From: a bacterium
GTDB taxonomy: Bacteria > UBA10199 > 2-02-FULL-44-16 > DYJF01
Assembly (NCBI GenBank): GCA_041739675.1
Contig: JBGSNL010000083.1
Span: 1-37,212 of the forward strand
Reading direction: 5' to 3'
Length of the DNA: 37,212 nucleotides
A program made the position numbers and the translations under genes. The notes under the pieces are model-generated. The model was not told the origin of the DNA, did not search any database, and saw nothing but the letters and a program-made list of their open reading frames with translations. This document shows positions 1-8,293 of this stretch, piece by piece (positions within the stretch are counted from its first letter, which is position 1; each line of letters begins with the position of its first letter).

Positions 1-26
1 CCAAAAAACAACAAAAGGAGATATTT

Positions 27-362
27 ATGTTCAACCACCAAAAACTGAAATGCTACGAGTTTGCGCTTGATGTGGCAAGAAAGGTGCCAGCGCTAATCAA
101 GAAATGGCCGGCGGGCTACGCATATCTGGAAGATCAGCTCAAGCGTGCGGCATCAAGTGTCGTATTGAACATTGCGGAGGGCAACTACAGGTACTCAATT
201 AAGGAGCGAACACGGTTCTTCGTAATCGCAAGGGGATCTGCGGGCGAGGTCTCATCCATCCTTGACGTCGCTCTCGCATATCGCCTCATTGGAGATGATG
301 ACTACCGCTTTCTTCAGGATCGTCTCCTTCAGGTTGTGAAGATGCTCTATGCGCTCAGGTGA
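27..362 (+). CDS. Four-helix-bundle protein (23S rRNA intervening-sequence protein / bAvd-like family)
   Basis: Motifs F.HQKL.CY, L.DQLKRAASSVVLNIAEG, RFF.IARGSAGE; RBS AAGGAG upstream. Confidence 0.9.
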   Translation: MFNHQKLKCYEFALDVARKVPALIKKWPAGYAYLEDQLKRAASSVVLNIAEGNYRYSIKERTRFFVIARGSAGEVSSILDVALAYRLIGDDDYRFLQDRLLQVVKMLYALR

Positions 363-597
363 CCTTGAGCGAGAGCATTTGTCCGCCTTTCCCGCCGCTT
401 TGCGCCATAATGCCAAATCCGCCGCCGCCGTTCGCACACCGGTTCTTGTTTCGGTCCAACCTGCCTTAGCGGCTGCTTGCATTGATGGGGGGAGGGGAGT
501 AAATGAAACTGATACACTGATATCAATGTCGTGCGGATTGAATCTAATTGTGAATAGTAATTTGACTGCACTCAGACGATAAAGGGCTCAAATACCT

Positions 598-1005
598 ATG
601 ATAAATATTCCAGAATCAAAACTTTATTATGTGGGTAATCTGGATAAAGATTTGGAAAAATCGAAATTGGTGGAGGGACCAGGCTGGTTAATAGGTAACT
701 TCCAAAAGTTTAAAATAGATGATGCTGTTAAGACTTCTGCTCTCGAACTTAAATACTGGATATTTGATAAGAAAGATAAGCCACATAAAACAAAAGTTCA
801 GGTATCGGCAACAGAGCTTAATATTATTCTGAGAGGTAAGGTGGTAGGCCGAGTGAATGGAAAAGAAATTACCCTGGGAGAGAAAGACTATATTTTGATA
901 AATCCACATGTTGAGAATAACTTGGAAGAAATATTCATTGAAGATGGAACGGCAGTACTAACTGTCAAAGTCCCCAGCGATCCAAGTGACAAATATGAGA
1001 AGTAA
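598..1005 (+). CDS. Cupin-fold protein
   Basis: ELNIILRGK...NGKEITLGEKDYILINPHVEN cupin beta-barrel pattern; AT-rich codon usage. Confidence 0.7.
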   Translation: MINIPESKLYYVGNLDKDLEKSKLVEGPGWLIGNFQKFKIDDAVKTSALELKYWIFDKKDKPHKTKVQVSATELNIILRGKVVGRVNGKEITLGEKDYILINPHVENNLEEIFIEDGTAVLTVKVPSDPSDKYEK

Positions 1006-1086
1006 AACAGGACCAAGGCGAATTCACGGGTCAAGTGCAACGCGAGGCTGATATATCTCGACACATGGCGCATTTCGTTTCGAGAC
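1005..1086 (+). repeat. 82-bp intergenic repeat, copy 1
   Basis: Ungapped alignment to 1535-1616, 56/82 identical by manual count; core GGCGAATTCAC..GTCA.GTGCAA..CGAGGC. Confidence 0.8.
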
Positions 1087-1109
1087 CATGAGCCTATGAG
1101 AGGGTTAAT

Positions 1110-1520
1110 ATGATTCCACCCAAGGCAGATTTGGAGAAGCTTGCTTGGTATAGATTCATGCGCGTAATTGCTGGCCTTGTTATATTCTTAATAATTGCAA
1201 TATCAGCCTATTTATCAATTACAATTTCATTCGATTTGAGTAAGGATAGATTTATAGAGTGCGCAGATGGGAGTAGGATTCAACAGGACTTTCAGTTTTA
1301 TTTATCTGGGGGAAATTCTCGTGACAAATGTAATGAGATTATGTCAAAGAAAGGCCTTTCCGAATCCAAAGACCCCGTAAAGAATGGATTGTTTGAGAGG
1401 CCAGCATACGAGTTATATGGTTATCCAGCCCTAGTATTCATAGTACTAATATCTATTGGTATGCTTCTCGTCTGTGGAGGTAAACGCATCATATTATATA
1501 TTGTTTACGGGAATAAATAA
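1110..1520 (+). CDS. Hypothetical membrane protein (2 TM helices, Cys pair in the loop)
   Basis: 136-aa ORF with RBS GAGAGGG and two hydrophobic segments; AT-rich. Confidence 0.7.
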   Translation: MIPPKADLEKLAWYRFMRVIAGLVIFLIIAISAYLSITISFDLSKDRFIECADGSRIQQDFQFYLSGGNSRDKCNEIMSKKGLSESKDPVKNGLFERPAYELYGYPALVFIVLISIGMLLVCGGKRIILYIVYGNK

Positions 1521-1534
1521 TGCCGCATATAGAT

Positions 1535-1616
1535 AAAGGGGACAGTGGCGAATTCACAAGTCAGGTGCAATACGAGGCCCATATTTTGAAGCACATTGAG
1601 CATTTTGCAGTGTGAC
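1535..1616 (+). repeat. 82-bp intergenic repeat, copy 2
   Basis: Aligns to 1005-1086 at offset 530. Confidence 0.8.
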
Positions 1617-1681
1617 GACTGATTCGAAAGTTTATAGAAATAATCACATGTGAACGCGCAGTAAGTAAAAAGGAGAGTTGT

Positions 1682-1915
1682 ATGGCACGCTGTACAAGAA
1701 CAAGTGAGCTGGAAGTCCATCACAAGCGCCGTGACGGTGGTAACGGTCTCGATAATGCCGAAGTCTTATGTGCGCGTTGCCATCAAGTAGGAACATCCAC
1801 ATATGGAGTGCCAGGCGGCGAGTCGCCACCCCCATTCGACACTCTAACGATAGCGATTGCTTTGCGTCTAGCTGGTGACCAATGTGAATGTACGAGAACA
1901 GGTGGTTGCCATTGA
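1682..1915 (+). CDS. Small HNH endonuclease-like / Zn-binding protein
   Basis: LEVHH-x(7)-GLDNAEVLCARCH HNH motif; RBS AAGGAG. Confidence 0.75.
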   Translation: MARCTRTSELEVHHKRRDGGNGLDNAEVLCARCHQVGTSTYGVPGGESPPPFDTLTIAIALRLAGDQCECTRTGGCH

Positions 1916-1932
1916 TAAGGGATAAAGTGTCC

Positions 1933-2086
1933 GTTCCCCTTTTTGTAAGTTGTTGAAATCACTGGCGCGCGTTTTGGGGCGCGGGGGAATCAGCCGAGTT
2001 TTTCAGGTTTTAAACTAATCAAGACAGGGTATGCGAATCGCGGCGCGGTACGAGATAAGTTCCCCTTTTTGGAAGTTGTTGAAATC
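1933..2086 (+). repeat. 28-bp direct repeat pair (1933-1960, 2059-2086)
   Basis: GTTCCCCTTTTTG(T/G)AAGTTGTTGAAATC, 1 mismatch. Confidence 0.85.
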
Positions 2087-2131
2087 GTTCACTGTCACTT
2101 TTCGGGAAATGGGGGTGAGATAATTAAATTT

Positions 2132-2401
2132 ATGATGAAAACTCTGTTATCTCTTATCATCTTAACTCTTATCTCTTGCTCGATTTGGGCCGCAGGTCCA
2201 GATGCCAAAGACAAGAAAGAAGAGGCCCAAGATCAGGCGAAGACGGAATGGTGCCAAAAAAATCCCGGCAAATGCGCGGAATACGAGACCAAAGATGAAT
2301 GGATCAATAAGCAGGTAAGAGATTGCATCGACGAAAAGGGCAATCACAACGGCAAGGCCGAGAAGTGGGAAATCAAAAAATACGCCGATGAATGCAGGTA
2401 A
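2132..2401 (+). CDS. Small secreted Cys-containing hypothetical protein
   Basis: ATG 2132 begins a signal peptide MMKTLLSLIILTLISCSIWA; four Cys in the mature part. Confidence 0.6.
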   Translation: MMKTLLSLIILTLISCSIWAAGPDAKDKKEEAQDQAKTEWCQKNPGKCAEYETKDEWINKQVRDCIDEKGNHNGKAEKWEIKKYADECR

Positions 2402-2553
2402 GGGGAGCTCGGCGGCGCGGCAAGCGGCAATCATCATGAAAACATTTGTGTAGAATCAATCAAATCGCGCATGGTCGACATCTTGCTAGCAAGCACCTAG
2501 GCAACCTTTTGGCTCTCTCGCACTATCCTGAATTCTGATTCCCTCCGCCTTTC

Positions 2554-3348
2554 TTAGTCGAGAGCCAGCGGTTTGAGGCACAAGAACCAATCCATGCAAT
2601 TCAGCCCCTCAACCTGAGCGTTGTCCACGCGCTCTTTTGCCTTGCCGCACGATCCGGGAGGCGGGACGATGACCTCGTCGCCCGGCTGCCAGTCGGCCGG
2701 AGTCGCGATCTGATATTTGTCCGAAGTCTGCATTGCGATCAGAAGTCTTTTGATCTCCTTGAAATTCCTTCCGTTGGAGAGAGGATAATAGAGTATTGCG
2801 CGGACCTTGGTTTCAGGATCGATGAAGAAGACGGCCCTGACGGCCTTCGTATCGCTGGCGGCTGGCTGCAGCATGCCGTATTTTTTCGCTATCTCCATCT
2901 TGATGTCCGCGATCAGCGGGAATTTCACTTCGACGTTTTCCATCCCCTTGTACTTTATCTTCTCTTTGATCGTCCTTAACCACGCGATATGGCCGTAGAT
3001 GCTGTCGATGGAAAGGCCTATTAGCTTCGTGTTGAGTTTGGTGAACTCGTCCTGCATCGTCGCGAACGTCATGAACTCGGTCGTGCATACGGGCGTGAAG
3101 TCGGCCGGATGGCTGAAGAGAATGACCCAGCTACCCTTGAAATCGTCCGGGAAATTGATCGGCCCTTGTGTGGTATCGGCGGTGAATGAGGGCGCCGTCT
3201 GGCCGATTAGCGGTATCTGCGGCGCGCCCTCAACCGCCTTTGCGCCTTCCTGTTCGCTTTTGACCTTCAGTTGGCCTTTGATGTCCGCCTTGCAAGCCGC
3301 AAAGAACAGAAAAGCTGGGACCAGAAGAAGCAATGAAACTTTTTTCAT
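2554..3348 (-). CDS. Peroxiredoxin (Prx6 subfamily) with N-terminal lipoprotein-like signal
   Basis: FSHPADFTPVCTTE active site, ATPADW, C-terminal DWFLC; N-terminus MKK-hydrophobic-FAAC. Confidence 0.93.
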   Translation of the reverse strand: MKKVSLLLLVPAFLFFAACKADIKGQLKVKSEQEGAKAVEGAPQIPLIGQTAPSFTADTTQGPINFPDDFKGSWVILFSHPADFTPVCTTEFMTFATMQDEFTKLNTKLIGLSIDSIYGHIAWLRTIKEKIKYKGMENVEVKFPLIADIKMEIAKKYGMLQPAASDTKAVRAVFFIDPETKVRAILYYPLSNGRNFKEIKRLLIAMQTSDKYQIATPADWQPGDEVIVPPPGSCGKAKERVDNAQVEGLNCMDWFLCLKPLALD

Positions 3349-3505
3349 AATCCCCCCTTTGTTATTCTATGGAAAATTACGTCCTTGGAGCTATGATGTC
3401 AAGGAAGTCTGTCGCTGCTTGCGAGGGTATGCGAATCGCGGAGGTTGGGCTACGATCATCCGAAGAGAGGTGGCGCGGGGGAGGGCCGCTTGTGCGATGT
3501 GTTCT

Positions 3506-3736
3506 CTATGCGGGCACGACAATCGGCTTCAGATTGCCCAGCGCTTCGTTGTAACCCCTCACTTGAGAAGGCAGAGTGAATAGATCGACAAGCCAGCCGA
3601 TCACAAAGAGGCCTCCGGTAAGCATGTACAAAATTCCCCACCCCATCTTGTTTAGATAAAACTTGTGAACTCCCACAAGCCCAAAAAAGAACCAAAGAAT
3701 ATAAGCAATCCACAGTTCTCGTTCCCGAAATTCCAT
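3506..3736 (-). CDS. TM2-domain membrane protein
   Basis: AYILWFFFGLVGVHKFYL..GWGILY.LTGGLF.IGW..D pattern. Confidence 0.9.
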   Translation of the reverse strand: MEFRERELWIAYILWFFFGLVGVHKFYLNKMGWGILYMLTGGLFVIGWLVDLFTLPSQVRGYNEALGNLKPIVVPA

Positions 3737-3754
3737 ATTGCCTCCAAAATCATT

Positions 3755-4336
3755 TTAGCTTCCCACTGCCTGTCTTCGCTTGCGGCTGATGTGCTTATAT
3801 GCCTGAGTGTAAGCCACTCCGACGGCGATGCAGAATAGACTCTGCCAGAAGTAAAAATCGTTCGGCAGCGCGTTTGGATATAAGAGCCGGAAGGCCGAGA
3901 AACCGGTCGGGATCAAGAGAAGAATTCCCCAGAAGACGGCAATGTTCCTGCATGAGCGGATCAAACCTTCATCGTTCCACATTTCTTTCGGCAGCTCGGC
4001 CCGCGCATATTGCAGCGTGAACGGTTTCCCCGTCAGCACCGTGAACCAGATGATGCCGTCCAAAAAGCCGTTTGCCACGATCCCCATGTTTTTCGCCAGC
4101 CCAACCCAATTGAAGAAGTGGAACGAAATCACGCAGAAAAGGAAGAAGGCCAGAGTGGCCCACTGCAATACGAAGCCCTTGTAGAGCGTCTTGATTCCCA
4201 GGGCCACCGACAAAACAAGGCATATGAGAACCGCTATCTGCAACTGGCCCCACGTATTTGTCGGGAGAAAGAGAAAAAGTATCCACGGCAGGAAGCCGAC
4301 GATGAATTTGATGATTTCGATCAGTTCGCTTACCAT
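3755..4336 (-). CDS. Hypothetical multi-pass membrane protein
   Basis: About 6 TM segments, GKPFTLQYAR motif. Confidence 0.75.
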   Translation of the reverse strand: MVSELIEIIKFIVGFLPWILFLFLPTNTWGQLQIAVLICLVLSVALGIKTLYKGFVLQWATLAFFLFCVISFHFFNWVGLAKNMGIVANGFLDGIIWFTVLTGKPFTLQYARAELPKEMWNDEGLIRSCRNIAVFWGILLLIPTGFSAFRLLYPNALPNDFYFWQSLFCIAVGVAYTQAYKHISRKRRQAVGS

Positions 4337-4439
4337 TTGAGATTGGAAAATTAGGTTAGAAGCAATGCCGGGTCAAGCGTAATCGTTCTTTTTTCCTTCC
4401 CACAAATTTGCTATATATAAAGGAAAGGGAGGGGTAAAT

Positions 4440-4799
4440 ATGAGCTACTTCATAACGGCAATTGGTATTGTCTATGTTGTCTTCGGGGTTTTGTACTTTG
4501 TGCGGCCGGATTACGCGATTGCGATCATCGATTTTTTCAAGGTCGGTAAACGCATTTTCATAGGCAAGATTGTCAAAGCGGTGCTCGGGCTCTTGCTGAT
4601 CGTTTGCGCGCAAGGGGCGGTCTTCCCATGGGTCCCCCGCGTTATCGGAATTCTCGCGCTCGCCGGCGTCGTCGTCACATACGCCCTTGGCACTGAAAAA
4701 GCCTTTGCGATGATGGACTGGTTCAAACAGGAGAAGAGAATCCGCGTGATAGCCGTCGTCGCGGAGTTGGTCGGCATCCTTCTCATCTATTCGGCGTAA
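4440..4799 (+). CDS. Small hypothetical membrane protein (about 4 TM)
   Basis: Strong RBS GGGAGGGG; hydrophobic helices. Confidence 0.7.
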   Translation: MSYFITAIGIVYVVFGVLYFVRPDYAIAIIDFFKVGKRIFIGKIVKAVLGLLLIVCAQGAVFPWVPRVIGILALAGVVVTYALGTEKAFAMMDWFKQEKRIRVIAVVAELVGILLIYSA

Positions 4800-4818
4800 A
4801 TTCGCGGGAGTTGACAAG

Positions 4819-5826
4819 ATGAGACGCTTCTTTTTATTTCTCGTTCCGGTTTTTTTGATCGCGGCCAATCCCGCCTTCGGCGCGGAGAAAGGTGGAGCTG
4901 TCATGAGTAAAGAGGAGATCAAAAAGAAACTGACGCCTCTTCAGTATGAGGTCACCCAGCAATGCGGGACGGAAAAACCCTTCGACAACGCATACTGGAA
5001 CGACAAGCGGGCGGGGATCTACGTGGATATTGTCTCCGGCGAGCCGCTCTTCTCTTCGCTCGATAAATTCGATTCAGGCACCGGTTGGCCCAGCTTCACA
5101 AAACCCATAGATGAAGCGAACGTCGTGCAGGATGTGGACACGAGCGGCGGAAGGACAAGGCAGGAAGTGAAGAGCGCGAAAGGGGGCTCGCATCTGGGCC
5201 ATGTGTTCGACGACGGCCCGCGGCCCACTGGGAAGCGCTACTGCATCAATTCGGCTTCTCTTAGATTTATCCCGGCCGAGGATCTGGAAAAAGAGGGATA
5301 CGGAAGATACGCATATCTGTTCGATAAGACAAAATCCGCCGCGTACAAGCGCGCCACCTTCGGGGGCGGATGTTTCTGGGGCGTGGAGGCGCTTTTCAAA
5401 GAGCTGCCGGGTGTTGTCGAAACGACGGCAGGCTACTCCGGTGGAAAGGGCGCCAGCCCGACTTATGAAGATGTGAAGACGGGAACGACAGGTCATGCGG
5501 AGGCGGTGGAAATCCTTTACGATCCTTCGAAGGTGAGCTATGAGGATCTGCTCGATTATTTTTTCAGACTTCACGACCCCACGACCCTCAACCGGCAGGG
5601 GCCTGACGTCGGCACCCAGTATCGCTCGGTCATTTTCTATCACGACGAGGCGCAGAAGAAGGCGGCTTTGGCATTCAAGAAAAAATTCGATAAGGAAAAC
5701 GTGCTTGGAAAACCGTCGGTGACTGAAATCGTTCCGGCGGGCGCGTTTTACAGGGCCGAGGAATATCATCAGGACTATTTTCAAAAGCAGGGCGGCGCGG
5801 TCTGTCACCATCTGCGCGCCAAATAG
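4819..5826 (+). CDS. msrAB: Bifunctional peptide-methionine sulfoxide reductase MsrB-MsrA with signal peptide
   Basis: Msr[31 protein letters not shown]; Msr[18 protein letters not shown]. Confidence 0.95.
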   Translation: MRRFFLFLVPVFLIAANPAFGAEKGGAVMSKEEIKKKLTPLQYEVTQQCGTEKPFDNAYWNDKRAGIYVDIVSGEPLFSSLDKFDSGTGWPSFTKPIDEANVVQDVDTSGGRTRQEVKSAKGGSHLGHVFDDGPRPTGKRYCINSASLRFIPAEDLEKEGYGRYAYLFDKTKSAAYKRATFGGGCFWGVEALFKELPGVVETTAGYSGGKGASPTYEDVKTGTTGHAEAVEILYDPSKVSYEDLLDYFFRLHDPTTLNRQGPDVGTQYRSVIFYHDEAQKKAALAFKKKFDKENVLGKPSVTEIVPAGAFYRAEEYHQDYFQKQGGAVCHHLRAK

Positions 5827-5835
5827 AGAGGGGTT

Positions 5836-7128
5836 ATGGGTCCGCTTTCAATCACGAATATCGGCCGGCTTGTCACGATGGAGCCCGCCCGTCTCGCCTC
5901 GCGAAGCCGCGAGGCTCGCGTGGCGGGCGGGCCCAAACGCGAAGGCCCTCTCGGCGTCATAGAAGATGCGGTTCTCGTTGCGGAAAACGAACATATCAAG
6001 TGGTTCGGAACGCGCAAGGAGTGGCTCCGCCGCCGCAAAGACGGTTTTGAAGAGTTCGACGTCGGCGGAGGGATCGTAACTCCCGGTCTCATCGATTGCC
6101 ACACCCATCTTGTCCACGCGGGTTCGCGCCAGAACGAATTCGCGCTCCGCTCTCAGGGGAAAAAATACTGGGAGATCGCAAAGGCGGGCGGCGGGATAAT
6201 GTCGACCGTTCGCGCCACGCGCAAGGCATCGTATGACGAGCTATACCGCGTCTCCTCCGAGCGCGCGGACGAAACTTTCCTGCGCGGCACTCTGGCCCTT
6301 GAAGTGAAAACCGGTTACGGGCTGGACCTTCAAACCGAGCTGAAAATATTAGACGTCATCCGCACGCTCAAAGACAATCATCCGATAAGATTTTTCGCCA
6401 CTTTCCTGGGTGCGCACGTCGTTCCTGAAGAGATGAAAAACCGCCGCCGCGATTATGTCAGACTCGTCATCGATAAGATGATCCCGGCGGTTGCCAAGCA
6501 GCAGCTTTCGCGCTTCTGCGATATCTTCGTGGAGGAGGGCGCATTCACGCCTAACGAAGCACGTGCGATAGCGAAGGCAGCAAGGAAACACAGGATGGGC
6601 CTGAGGTTCCACGTGGACCAGTTCAAAGACGGCGGCGGGGCGTTGTTGGCCGCAGAGCTCAAGGCCGTCTCGGCCGATCATCTGGACTATATTTCGGACA
6701 AAGGTATCGCGGCCCTGAAGAAGGCGGGCACGGTGGCGGTTGTTCTCCCGGGCGCCACTTTTTTCACCGGCGGGAAACATTACGCCCCCGCAAGAAAGAT
6801 GATCGACAAGGGCCTTTGCGTTGCTATCTCCACCGATTACAACCCCGGCACAAATCCGTGCCTGGATCTTTTCATGACGGCCACGATTGCCGTGTCCCAG
6901 ATGGGTTTAACGCTGGATGAAGCCTGGCGCGCCATCACTATCAACGCCGCGGCCTCACTTGGGATAGACGACGATTGCGGCACAGTCTCGGCAGGAAAAC
7001 GGGCGGACCTCATCGTGCTCGACGCGCCCGACGAATATTTTCCGATGTATCGTTACGGGAAAAATTGCGTGACCGCCGTGATCAAAAAAGGCCGCGCCCA
7101 ATGGCTCGATGAATATTACAATGTGTAA
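5836..7128 (+). CDS. hutI: Imidazolonepropionase
   Basis: PGLIDCHTHLV, GGGIMSTVRATR, EVKTGYGL, FLGAH, SADHL, STDYNPG. Confidence 0.95.
   Translation: MGPLSITNIGRLVTMEPARLASRSREARVAGGPKREGPLGVIEDAVLVAENEHIKWFGTRKEWLRRRKDGFEEFDVGGGIVTPGLIDCHTHLVHAGSRQNEFALRSQGKKYWEIAKAGGGIMSTVRATRKASYDELYRVSSERADETFLRGTLALEVKTGYGLDLQTELKILDVIRTLKDNHPIRFFATFLGAHVVPEEMKNRRRDYVRLVIDKMIPAVAKQQLSRFCDIFVEEGAFTPNEARAIAKAARKHRMGLRFHVDQFKDGGGALLAAELKAVSADHLDYISDKGIAALKKAGTVAVVLPGATFFTGGKHYAPARKMIDKGLCVAISTDYNPGTNPCLDLFMTATIAVSQMGLTLDEAWRAITINAAASLGIDDDCGTVSAGKRADLIVLDAPDEYFPMYRYGKNCVTAVIKKGRAQWLDEYYNV
5884..5931 (+). repeat. 48-bp palindromic element, copy 1 (in frame inside hutI)
   Basis: CCCGCCCG...CCTCGCG-AAGC-CGCGAGG...CGGGCGGG; 44/48 identical to the copy at 15795-15842. 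Confidence 0.9.
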
Positions 7129-8293
7129 AAAATTCGTAATCTGCGTCGCCTCAATTTTAGCCATCCTTTCTATTGCCCAGGTTGCATCGGCAAGAAGATA
7201 TCCAGTTTTGAAAGAACCGTCGTGGGAGAAAGTTAAGGGAGGTTTTGAGCTTTCCGGTTTCGTCAACGCCGCCTACGGATGGCAGAAGTTTTCCAACGAT
7301 ACTATCACAGAGATTGCAAACGACGGCTCGTACGCCGGCCCGATAGGGGAATGGTTGCCGGCCACTTCCGGCGGCCCTCCGCCTTCGCCCGGACAAGAGA
7401 TCGGCCAGTTTTTCATCCCAAGGGTCGAGCTGGACATAAGAAAAAATTTCGGAGACCGAGCGCGTCTCGTGGGCGATCTTCAGTTCGGAAGAGCGACTTC
7501 GGGCTCCTCTTTGCCGATCCCTGGCATCAACGTCGTTCACGCTTACGGAGCGGTCACATTGTATAAGCCCAAAAACGTGCAGTTGTGGATAGGCCGTGTC
7601 GGTCTTCAGGCGGGATTCGAACCCTACGAAGATTATTTCAACGACACCGTTTCGTATTCGGTGATCTGGAGGGGGCTCATCGCGCCCGGCAACGCAACCG
7701 GCATACAGGTAACGGGAGATCTGAACGAGAATTTGCATTACTATTTCATTGTCTCCAACGGCACGGTGAATGACTCCACGTTCAGGCTCGCGCAGATACC
7801 GTCTTTCATGTCCACATGGATCGTCAATTGGGGGCCGGATGCGAAGCAGAGCGGCGTTGTGATCACGCCCTTTGCCGGACCGGAATCTGACACGAACAGA
7901 CACTGGTCGATAGGGCTCGATGCGTACACATACTGGTGGATCGTCCCCGAATTTCAGCTGGGGCTTGAGGGGACGTTTCAACGCGACGGCGCGACGGCCG
8001 GCGGCCCGATCACCTACTATGGGGCGGCTCTCTTAAATCTCCATTGGGAATTTGCAAAGAACTGGTACGTCGTGGGGAAATTTGCTTACGGCGGGCAGTA
8101 TAACGCGGGCAACGGAGTCTTGAATCTTCTGGGCCAGCAGCAGAATGTTTTTGAAAACACGCTCTGTTTCGGCCACCGGCTGACAGACACGGCAAAGATC
8201 AAATTTGAGGGGAGGCTGGATATTGTCGATCCCAAAGGGGCGGCTGCTCAGTATGTCGGTGGATTTGCGATGAGTATGAACTACGCTTTTTGA
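7121..8293 (+). CDS. Outer-membrane beta-barrel protein (putative porin)
   Basis: Signal peptide, ELSGFVNAAY start, alternating beta-strand pattern, C-terminal Phe; start 7121 preferred over 7109. Confidence 0.75.
   Translation: MCKKFVICVASILAILSIAQVASARRYPVLKEPSWEKVKGGFELSGFVNAAYGWQKFSNDTITEIANDGSYAGPIGEWLPATSGGPPPSPGQEIGQFFIPRVELDIRKNFGDRARLVGDLQFGRATSGSSLPIPGINVVHAYGAVTLYKPKNVQLWIGRVGLQAGFEPYEDYFNDTVSYSVIWRGLIAPGNATGIQVTGDLNENLHYYFIVSNGTVNDSTFRLAQIPSFMSTWIVNWGPDAKQSGVVITPFAGPESDTNRHWSIGLDAYTYWWIVPEFQLGLEGTFQRDGATAGGPITYYGAALLNLHWEFAKNWYVVGKFAYGGQYNAGNGVLNLLGQQQNVFENTLCFGHRLTDTAKIKFEGRLDIVDPKGAAAQYVGGFAMSMNYAF

Noticed and set aside
1005..1616. Classical integron attC sites
   Set aside because: No RYYYAAC/GTTRRRY boxes or extended palindrome; no intI in the window.
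1933..2086. CRISPR array
   Set aside because: Only two repeats with a 98-bp spacer, and no cas genes.
2069..2131. TTG-started N-terminal extension of the secreted protein
   Set aside because: Starts inside the 28-bp repeat; ATG 2132 gives a proper signal peptide.
1..2450. Diversity-generating retroelement suggested by the Avd-like gene
   Set aside because: No reverse transcriptase in the window; mismatches between the 82-bp repeats are not confined to adenines, and both copies are intergenic.
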